This document shows, piece after piece, positions 1 through 7,792 of a DNA stretch of 32,000 bases (positions are counted from its first letter, which is position 1; the number at the start of each line of letters is the position of its first letter). Position numbers and translations under genes: made by a program. The DNA is from Candidatus Saccharimonadota bacterium (lineage in GTDB: Bacteria; Bacteroidota; Bacteroidia; Cytophagales; Amoebophilaceae): contig NZ_OZ239769.1 of assembly GCF_965196625.1 (NCBI RefSeq), positions 210,001 to 242,000 of the forward strand, read 5' to 3'. The notes beneath the pieces are model-generated. The model was not told the origin of the DNA, did no database searches, and saw only the letters and a list, made by a program, of their open reading frames with translations.

Positions 1-20
1 ATTGCTATAACTATTTTTTA

Positions 21-3000
21 ATGGCTTCCTTTATGATATGCTTTAATATGTCCCTATTTATAGTGGCTGCTTTTTTGGTACTAACCTTGGTGGTAGGCGT
101 TTACTTTAGTAGAAAGAAAACCACTTTTCGAGAACATGCAGTAGGGAACAAACAGTTTTCTACCGCTACCTTAGTGGCCACAGTGTTAGCTACCTTGTAT
201 GCTGGGTGCACCTTAATGTCTCATGTAGAGTGTATCTACGAATATGGTTTATGGTGGGTAGTGCTTGTACTTTTAGATTGCTTTGGTTTGTGGACTATTA
301 GCAAATTAGCTATTCGGATGGGCTCATTTATGGAGCATCTCTCCATGGCAGAGACGATGGACCATGCCTATGGTAAGTATGCAAGAATTATAACGGCTTT
401 GGTTGGTACTTGTCGTTGCATTATTATCATTACTATGCAGATTACTGTAATGTCCCGAGCTATTGGTATGTGTATTAGTTTGCCTGATCCATATATACTG
501 CCTACCCTTGCGACTTTATTACTTGTTTTCTATTCAGCATTTGGGGGGATTCGTGCCGTTACCTTCACGGATATATTACAATTTATAACTTTTTCGATGA
601 TTATTCCCCTGCTTTCCTGGTTTATGTTTGTAAAAGTAGGGAAGCCAATTTCAGAGATTCTTCCTATACTACAAAGTCAAGCAAAATTTCAGTTTGGGAC
701 CGTATTTCATTTTGATACTAAACTAATAGCTTTATGCTCACTTACATTGACTGTTTTGGTTTCTTATATAATACAACCCCAACTTATCCAACGGGTTTAT
801 ATGTCTTCTAATATTATCCAGGCTCAAAAAGTTTTTTCATACGCTACTATTTTTAATTTTGTTATAATGTTTTTTATTATTCTAGTTCCGCTATTTGTTT
901 TCGTAAGTACGCCAGATTTACCTAAAGCAGAGAGTTGGGGATATATAATGGCCCATATTCCTCCTTCTTTTAAAGGATTTCTTGCCATTAGTTTGTTCGC
1001 TATGGCTATGTCTACAGCAGACTCTTGCTTAAACGCTTCTACTGTTATGATTACGCACGATATATTGCAAAGTATACAAACACGGAAAAAAGTTAATGAT
1101 GCACATCAGGTTAAAATAGCCAGATGGACCACCTTAGTATTGGGTTTATTAGCTATGATATTAGCTTTTCATTGCCAAGATTTATTAAAATTAACGTATT
1201 GGGTCCTCGATTGTGCTGTACCTATTACAGCTGCCCCTTTTATATTAGCCATTTACGGGTTTCGAGGCACTTCTCTTACTGCTTTAGTTGGTATGGCTAC
1301 AGGTCTACTAACTATTTTAGCCTGGAATAAATGGGTTGAGCCTGCAATAGGGATGGATGGCTCTTTCCTGGCTGCTATAGCCAATGGCCTGGCCATGATG
1401 ACTGCCTACTATCTCCTAAAACAACCGGAAAATGCAGGATGGGTGGGTCCAGATGATACATTTAAACAAATGCAACAAGCACATGCGCGCAAAAGAGCAG
1501 AACGCAAAGAAGCCATTAAAAATGGCTGGGCCAATAGAAAAGCCACTTTGGCCAAGTTAGTACCCAGCCATACTACAATAGCATGTGTAGGGCTTTATAG
1601 TGCCATCATCAGCTTGCTCACTTTCTTTATAGCGCCTATTACGCATCATAGCTGCCGGCTTATGTTGCAACTTTTTGGAGCGGCTTGTTGTTTAGGCTAT
1701 CCATTTCTCCATGACATTTCCAAAAAGATAAGGGCCATTCCAAATTGGTTTATTGGCCTATGTTGGCTAATAGGCTTCGGGGGATATCTGCCTTTCAACC
1801 TGATTTTAAATTGTTTTTATTCTAACAACCCAATTTTTATCACATCCTTATCGCTAGCCCATTGTGCGGTAATCTTATGGGTACTACCCTTCTATTTAGC
1901 CATACGAGTGGTAGCAATCGCATTATTAGTCGCTATTTATCCTATTGCTATTGGGTTATCTTTTACAGTATTATACTCCCTATTGCCGTTGTTTATAGCC
2001 AGTTTACTGGTACTGGCCATGGCTATTTGCTTTAAAAGCAAACAAAATCATCATATCAATCAAATTCTTTACCTAAAAGATCAAGAAAAGATTAGAGCAT
2101 CCCAAAAGCTAAAAGCATCCCTTTATGACTCAGCTATGGTGCCCGTTACTGTGGTTAGTAAAGCCAAAGGCTATGGCCCTATTTTGACGCAAGTGGTAGG
2201 CAAAATTGAGGAATCTATCTCTTTTTTAGATGGCAGCACGCCTCTTTATAAGCAGGACTTTCAGAGTATCATCAACAAACTCTATGGCTGGGCGGCCTAT
2301 TTCAATAGAAGGGAAAAAGCCAAAAAGCATGCACTGCTGCAGCCTACTAAAATTACCTTAGAGAAGCTCATCCGTAAAGTGGAATTGGCTTTGTCCCAAG
2401 AGGTGACCAATCCACCTAGACTGCTGATAGAAAATACAAAAGCGCCTAATAAAGCACCCTGCCAGCATATCATATGCGATATCAACCAAGTAGCTTATTT
2501 ATTGGTTCAAGCTGTTTTACGGGTTGGTAAACTAGAGGGCGCCATAGTTGTGCGCATACAACTCCATTCCACTGTTTTGCAATTTAAGCAAGTTGATCCT
2601 ATTGCCAGCAGCCATTCTACATCCATCTCTTTTCAAGCTACTGCACTAGTAATCAGCCAGGCTACTACACCCTCTGAAGCCCTTCCAAAAGTCAAAGCCC
2701 TTTATGATGATGAAATAGATCCTATCGGCCCTAAAGGGAAACAGAAAGACTCCCCATCTATAGATCTTCAACAAGAAACCATCTCCAGTATTGTGGGCGC
2801 CCACTATGGCCATTTGGAGTATGGTGTCCGCGCGCAGCAGCCTACTATGTTACTGGTATTGCCTAATGATGTCACCGATATTCTGAGCAAGATGACTGCT
2901 GCATTGCCTATAGATTGTTTAACCCTAGATACTCCTGTTACCCCTAAGGAACAAGCCGACTCCATGATGGCATTAATGCAGTTTCATGACTATGTTTGCA

Positions 3001-3605
3001 AATCTTCTCATAACATGGATCCTATTGATGTAGGTACCATTTCGGGTTTGCTTTTATTGTTGCGCAAGCACTTTGGCTTTAAGCGGCATGCTTCGGGTCA
3101 ATTGTTTTATGTACGTGCCGTAGGGATTGCCGAATTGGTCGTAAAATGGGTCTTTCACTCGCCTAAAGTGATTTATGCCGCTTTGCTCTATGAATTGGTG
3201 CGCTATACTTGCTTGCCCCTTTCTTATATCAAAGAACATTACAATTTAGGCGTTTATGCTTTTGTTTTAAATATAACAAGCATAGATAAACACCAAGAGC
3301 TAGACCATCCTTCTTTGCTACATGTACAGAATCGATTGAAAGAAGCCATTAAGGAAGAGCACATACAGCTTTCCGTGCTTTTCATCAAACTGGCCGAACG
3401 GCTCTATGATTTACGCCATGCAGCCGGTTACATCCATCTCACAGAGGTACAACATATGGCACAAGAAACCATTGCCGTAGATGTTCAGCTAGCCCATGCA
3501 TATCTAGATCCAGCAATAGGAGCAGCATTAGAAGAAGCAGCCAAAGCAGCACTAGCGCTCTGTAAGCATACAGCTAAAGAACAGTATAAAAAAAGAACAA
3601 GATAG
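21..3605 (+). CDS. Multi-domain membrane protein, paralog A: sodium:solute symporter (SSS/SLC5) domain + second block of ~5-6 TM helices + degenerate histidine-kinase-like module + degenerate RelA/SpoT-type HD domain
   Basis: 1194-aa ORF. SSS hallmarks occur in the first ~480 aa (GGIRAVTFTDILQF, AMAMSTADSCLN, ~13 hydrophobic segments). The C-terminal ~500 aa aligns by eye to an HK DHp/CA module and a SpoT HD domain (see findings). The start homologous to paralog B is the ATG at 33. Confidence 0.85.
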   Translation: MASFMICFNMSLFIVAAFLVLTLVVGVYFSRKKTTFREHAVGNKQFSTATLVATVLATLYAGCTLMSHVECIYEYGLWWVVLVLLDCFGLWTISKLAIRMGSFMEHLSMAETMDHAYGKYARIITALVGTCRCIIIITMQITVMSRAIGMCISLPDPYILPTLATLLLVFYSAFGGIRAVTFTDILQFITFSMIIPLLSWFMFVKVGKPISEILPILQSQAKFQFGTVFHFDTKLIALCSLTLTVLVSYIIQPQLIQRVYMSSNIIQAQKVFSYATIFNFVIMFFIILVPLFVFVSTPDLPKAESWGYIMAHIPPSFKGFLAISLFAMAMSTADSCLNASTVMITHDILQSIQTRKKVNDAHQVKIARWTTLVLGLLAMILAFHCQDLLKLTYWVLDCAVPITAAPFILAIYGFRGTSLTALVGMATGLLTILAWNKWVEPAIGMDGSFLAAIANGLAMMTAYYLLKQPENAGWVGPDDTFKQMQQAHARKRAERKEAIKNGWANRKATLAKLVPSHTTIACVGLYSAIISLLTFFIAPITHHSCRLMLQLFGAACCLGYPFLHDISKKIRAIPNWFIGLCWLIGFGGYLPFNLILNCFYSNNPIFITSLSLAHCAVILWVLPFYLAIRVVAIALLVAIYPIAIGLSFTVLYSLLPLFIASLLVLAMAICFKSKQNHHINQILYLKDQEKIRASQKLKASLYDSAMVPVTVVSKAKGYGPILTQVVGKIEESISFLDGSTPLYKQDFQSIINKLYGWAAYFNRREKAKKHALLQPTKITLEKLIRKVELALSQEVTNPPRLLIENTKAPNKAPCQHIICDINQVAYLLVQAVLRVGKLEGAIVVRIQLHSTVLQFKQVDPIASSHSTSISFQATALVISQATTPSEALPKVKALYDDEIDPIGPKGKQKDSPSIDLQQETISSIVGAHYGHLEYGVRAQQPTMLLVLPNDVTDILSKMTAALPIDCLTLDTPVTPKEQADSMMALMQFHDYVCKSSHNMDPIDVGTISGLLLLLRKHFGFKRHASGQLFYVRAVGIAELVVKWVFHSPKVIYAALLYELVRYTCLPLSYIKEHYNLGVYAFVLNITSIDKHQELDHPSLLHVQNRLKEAIKEEHIQLSVLFIKLAERLYDLRHAAGYIHLTEVQHMAQETIAVDVQLAHAYLDPAIGAALEEAAKAALALCKHTAKEQYKKRTR
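2462..3143 (+). repeat. Near-identical tract shared with 6153..6834 (probable gene-conversion tract between paralogs A and B)
   Basis: By-eye nucleotide comparison at constant offset 3691 shows one mismatch (2885 g vs a) in ~682 nt. Flanking paralogous sequence is clearly more diverged. Confidence 0.85.
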
Positions 3606-3615
3606 TTAGTGGGTC

Positions 3616-3645
3616 CTATCTAAAAACTACTTAGATAGATTTTTT
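3616..3645 (+). terminator. Candidate rho-independent terminator after paralog A
   Basis: 8-bp stem ctatctaa/ttagatag with a 7-nt loop, followed by aTTTTTT, 11 nt after the stop codon. The stem is AT-rich and therefore weak. Confidence 0.4.
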
Positions 3646-3744
3646 AAAGCAATGCATTTTAAACCCTATCCCCCTTTTTTTTGATTTTTAGCTAAAAATC
3701 CTTACCATAGAACCTGTACTGTTTATATAACTATTTTTAATATT

Positions 3745-6700
3745 ATGATCTGCTTGAGCATCCCCCTATTTATAGTAGCTGCTTTTTTGGTACTAACCTT
3801 GGTGGTAGGCGTTTACTTTAGTAGAAAGAAAACCACTTTTCGAGAACATGCAGTAGGGAGTAAACAGTTTGCTACTGCTACTTTGGTAGCCACGGTACTG
3901 GCTACTAATTATAGTGGAGCGGGGTTGTTGCGTATTGTAGAGTGTGTCCATGACCTTGGCTTATGGTGGATCGTTTGCATATCATTAGCTTCTTTTGGCT
4001 ACTGGGCAATCAGTAGACTAGCCATACGCATGGGACCATTTATGCAACACCTCTCTATAGCTGAAACATTAGGTTGTATCTATGGTAAATATTTAAGGGT
4101 GATCACTGCATTGGTCAGTGTTTGTGGGTGCATAGTTGTTATTACTATGCAAATCACTGCAATGTCTCACGCGATTAATATGTGTTTGGGGTCAATTGAT
4201 CCCTTTTTGATTACGTTCCTTTCCACCTTTCTCCTTATTTTTTACTCCACTTTTGGGGGTGTTCGTGCCATTACCTTTACAGATGTATTGCAATTTCTGA
4301 CCTTTGCTATTATTATTCCGTTTCTAGCTTGGTTTATCTTTGTAAAGTTAGATAAACCTGTTGCAACAATTATGCCTATGCTGCAGCATTATCCTAAATT
4401 TCAATTTAGTAGTGTATTCCATTTTAACGCCCAACTCGTGCATATGCTGCTATTGGTTCTATCTTTTATAGTCGATTATACAGGCCCTGAAATTATACAG
4501 CGGGTATATATGGCTTCTGGCCCCATTCAAGCCAAAAAAGTTTTTTTATATGCTATGCTTTTTAATTTGGCTATAACTTTCTTTATAATTTTAATAGGCC
4601 TATTTGTTTTTGCAGGGGCACCTGATTTACCGAAAGCGCAAATTTGGCCCTATATAATCGCTCATATCCCTCCTCTTTTTAAAGGATTTCTTGCAATTGC
4701 TTTATTCGCTATGGCGATGTCTACTGCTGATTCTTGTTTAAATGTTTGTGCGGTTATGGTTGGCCATGATGTGATACAAAGCCTACAAAAGAAACTAGAA
4801 ATCCCTGATGCATTTCAACTTAAAATAGCCAGGCGGACCACACTAATAGTGGGTCTATTAGCGATGCTACTCGCTTTTAAATGTACAGATCTTTTACAAT
4901 TAATGTACTGGTCTATGGACTGCTATGTACCTATTGTAACAGCTCCTTTTATCTTAGCTGTTTTTGGTTTTCGAGGCACTTCCCGTACCGCTTTAATCGG
5001 TATGGCAACAGGCATATTAACCATTTTAGCTTGGAATAAATGGATCGAGCCTGTAACAGGGATAAATGGCTCTTTCATTTGCATGCTGGCCAATGGTCTA
5101 GCCATGATGGCAGCCCACTATCTACCGAAACAGCCAAAAGGTAAAGGGTGGGTTGGTCCAGATGATCAGTTTAAACAATTGCAGCAAGTAAATGCGCGCA
5201 AGCGCGCCGAACGCAAAGAAGCCATTAAAAATGGATGGGCCAATAGAAAAGCTACCTTAGTAAAGCTGATGCCTAGCGATGCTACCTTGCGCTTAACAGG
5301 TCTTTATATCATTGCTACTGCTATTCTTAGTTATTGGTTTATTAAGCCAGATTACATCTATTGGGCTATGGGTCAAGGTCTTGTGGGTGTGTTTTTTACA
5401 TCTTCTAACACCTTCTTTAGCAAAGCGATTCCAACCTGGGTTACTAGTCTAGTTTGGCTACTAGGGTTAGGGATTTATCTGCCTTTAAACCTGCTTTGGA
5501 AGTGGTGGTATCTGGTAGATCCGATCTTTAGTGCGGCTTTATCTTTGGCCCATTGTGCTGTCATTTTATGGGTATTGCCCCTTTATCTGGCCGTAGGGGT
5601 GGTAGCCGTTACTTCGCTGGTAGCCATTTATCCGATTGTTACTGGACTCTCTTTTTCAGTATTGTCTTCCCTATTTCCTTTATTTATAGCGAGTCTGTTG
5701 GTATTTGCCATGGTAATTTGCTTGAAAGTTAAATTAAGGCACTATTTGGCTAAAATTATTTACCTTGAAAGTCAAGAAAAGATTAGGGCATCCCAGCAGC
5801 TAAAGGCATCTCTTTATGACTCGGCTATGGTGCCTTCTATTAGGGTGAGTAAGTCGAAAGGCTATGGCCCTATTTTGGCGCAAGTGGTAGGCAAAATTGA
5901 GGAGTCTATCTCTTTTTTAGATGGCAATACGCCTCTTTATAAGCAGGACTTTCAGAGTATTATCAATAAACTCTATGATTGGGTAACTTATTTTAACAGA
6001 AGAGAAAGGGCTAAAAGGCACGCACTATTGCAGCCTACTAAAATTACATTAGACAAGCTGATGCGTAAGGTAGAGTTGGCGTTATCTCAAGAGGTAGCCA
6101 ATCCGCCTAGGCTGTTGGTAGAAAATACAAGAGCGCCTAATAAGGCACCCTACCAGCATATCATATGCGATATCAACCAAGTAGCTTATTTATTGGTTCA
6201 AGCTGTTTTACGGGTTGGTAAACTAGAGGGCGCCATAGTTGTGCGCATACAACTCCATTCCACTGTTTTGCAATTTAAGCAAGTTGATCCTATTGCCAGC
6301 AGCCATTCTACATCCATCTCTTTTCAAGCTACTGCACTAGTAATCAGCCAGGCTACTACACCCTCTGAAGCCCTTCCAAAAGTCAAAGCCCTTTATGATG
6401 ATGAAATAGATCCTATCGGCCCTAAAGGGAAACAGAAAGACTCCCCATCTATAGATCTTCAACAAGAAACCATCTCCAGTATTGTGGGCGCCCACTATGG
6501 CCATTTGGAGTATGGTGTCCGCGCGCAGCAGCCTACTATGTTACTGGTATTGCCTAATGATGTCACCGATATTCTAAGCAAGATGACTGCTGCATTGCCT
6601 ATAGATTGTTTAACCCTAGATACTCCTGTTACCCCTAAGGAACAAGCCGACTCCATGATGGCATTAATGCAGTTTCATGACTATGTTTGCAAATCTTCTC

Positions 6701-7299
6701 ATAACATGGATCCTATTGATGTAGGTACCATTTCGGGTTTGCTTTTATTGTTGCGCAAGCACTTTGGCTTTAAGCGGCATGCTTCGGGTCAATTGTTTTA
6801 TGTACGTGCCGTAGGGATTGCCGAATTGGTCGTAGAATGGGTCTTTCACTCGCCTAAAGTGATTTATGCCGCTTTGCTCTATGAATTGGTGCGCCATACC
6901 TGTTTGCCCCTTTCTTATATCAAGGAACATTATAATTTAGGCGTTTATGCTTTTGTTTTAAATATAATAAGGATAGATAAACGCCAAGCCTTAGATCATC
7001 CTTCTTTGCTCTATGTGCAAAATCGCTTGAAAGAAGCCATTAAGGAGGAACATGTGCAGCTTTCTGTTTTGTTCATTAAGCTAGCCGAACGGCTTTATGA
7101 CTTACGCCATGCTTCAGGCTATATACACCTACCAGAAGTAGCGCATATGGTGCAAGAAACCCTAGCGATTGATGTTAAGTTGGCCCATGCCTATTTGGGT
7201 CCAGAGATAGGCGACCTGTTAGAAAAAGCTGCTAGAGAAGCATTAGCGCTTTGTAAAGATTTGAATATAGATAAAAGTATAGATCGTGCAAGCTCCTAA
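3745..7299 (+). CDS. Multi-domain membrane protein, paralog B: same SSS + TM block + HK-like + SpoT-HD-like architecture as paralog A
   Basis: 1184-aa ORF, collinear with paralog A over its full length. The 5' leader (ataactattttt) and first ~40 codons are nearly identical to A. Confidence 0.85.
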   Translation: MICLSIPLFIVAAFLVLTLVVGVYFSRKKTTFREHAVGSKQFATATLVATVLATNYSGAGLLRIVECVHDLGLWWIVCISLASFGYWAISRLAIRMGPFMQHLSIAETLGCIYGKYLRVITALVSVCGCIVVITMQITAMSHAINMCLGSIDPFLITFLSTFLLIFYSTFGGVRAITFTDVLQFLTFAIIIPFLAWFIFVKLDKPVATIMPMLQHYPKFQFSSVFHFNAQLVHMLLLVLSFIVDYTGPEIIQRVYMASGPIQAKKVFLYAMLFNLAITFFIILIGLFVFAGAPDLPKAQIWPYIIAHIPPLFKGFLAIALFAMAMSTADSCLNVCAVMVGHDVIQSLQKKLEIPDAFQLKIARRTTLIVGLLAMLLAFKCTDLLQLMYWSMDCYVPIVTAPFILAVFGFRGTSRTALIGMATGILTILAWNKWIEPVTGINGSFICMLANGLAMMAAHYLPKQPKGKGWVGPDDQFKQLQQVNARKRAERKEAIKNGWANRKATLVKLMPSDATLRLTGLYIIATAILSYWFIKPDYIYWAMGQGLVGVFFTSSNTFFSKAIPTWVTSLVWLLGLGIYLPLNLLWKWWYLVDPIFSAALSLAHCAVILWVLPLYLAVGVVAVTSLVAIYPIVTGLSFSVLSSLFPLFIASLLVFAMVICLKVKLRHYLAKIIYLESQEKIRASQQLKASLYDSAMVPSIRVSKSKGYGPILAQVVGKIEESISFLDGNTPLYKQDFQSIINKLYDWVTYFNRRERAKRHALLQPTKITLDKLMRKVELALSQEVANPPRLLVENTRAPNKAPYQHIICDINQVAYLLVQAVLRVGKLEGAIVVRIQLHSTVLQFKQVDPIASSHSTSISFQATALVISQATTPSEALPKVKALYDDEIDPIGPKGKQKDSPSIDLQQETISSIVGAHYGHLEYGVRAQQPTMLLVLPNDVTDILSKMTAALPIDCLTLDTPVTPKEQADSMMALMQFHDYVCKSSHNMDPIDVGTISGLLLLLRKHFGFKRHASGQLFYVRAVGIAELVVEWVFHSPKVIYAALLYELVRHTCLPLSYIKEHYNLGVYAFVLNIIRIDKRQALDHPSLLYVQNRLKEAIKEEHVQLSVLFIKLAERLYDLRHASGYIHLPEVAHMVQETLAIDVKLAHAYLGPEIGDLLEKAAREALALCKDLNIDKSIDRASS
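6153..6834 (+). repeat. Partner of the near-identical tract 2462..3143
   Basis: See 2462..3143. Confidence 0.85.
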
Positions 7300-7432
7300 T
7301 CGTTGTATACCACTTTGCACTTGATCAGGTTTCAATAAAAAGTGGTAAAATGCTCCATAATCTGAAGAGGAGCTCTCCTTTTTAAAGCGGATTGATTATA
7401 TTGCAACTGATCAACTACTTAAACCAATCACT

Positions 7433-7735
7433 ATGATTCAGAAAGAACAAGTCATAGAAGCCATTAAACAAGTTTATGATCCAGAAATACCGGTAGACAT
7501 CTACGAACTAGGGCTTATTTACGACATTACCATTTTACCACTCAATAACATTGAAATTTTAATGACCCTTACCTCTCCTAATTGTCCAGCGGCTGATATT
7601 ATACCCAGTCAAGTCGAAGAAAAAATTAAAGCAATAGAGGAAGTACACGAAGTAACGGTACATCTTACCTTTGACCCCCCTTATACAATAGACCGAATGT
7701 CTGAAGCAGCTAAATTAGAACTGGGATTTGCTTAA
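7433..7735 (+). CDS. sufT: DUF59/MIP18-family Fe-S cluster assembly protein (SufT-like), copy 1
   Basis: 100 aa with VYDPEIPVDIYELGLIYDI ... MTLTSPNCPAA ... DPPYT..RMSEAAKLELGF, typical of the small SUF-associated DUF59 proteins. Confidence 0.85.
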   Translation: MIQKEQVIEAIKQVYDPEIPVDIYELGLIYDITILPLNNIEILMTLTSPNCPAADIIPSQVEEKIKAIEEVHEVTVHLTFDPPYTIDRMSEAAKLELGFA

Positions 7736-7792
7736 GCAGCTCCCACTTGATCTATCTTATGGTATATCTTTTATTTTTCTTCTGTTTATGCA

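Noticed and set aside
1124-1330. Short ORFs nested in or antisense to long genes. Examples: 1124..1330, 2297..2485, 3054..3239, 4923..5105, 6745..6930, 8074..8289, 8444..8635, 10680..10877, 11194..11427, 13333..13563, 14834..15163, 16024..16218, 18555..18737, 22956..23141, 25645..25875, 27132..28058, 28841..29596, 31298..31691
   Set aside because: All are shadow frames fully inside well-supported longer CDSs. Duplicated pairs such as 3054/6745 and 13333/25645 simply follow the duplicated DNA.
7308-7347. 9-bp inverted repeat taccacttt/aaagtggta after paralog B, considered as a terminator
   Set aside because: It has a 22-nt loop and no downstream T-tract. The duplication boundary at 7334 falls inside the loop, so the second copy keeps only one arm.
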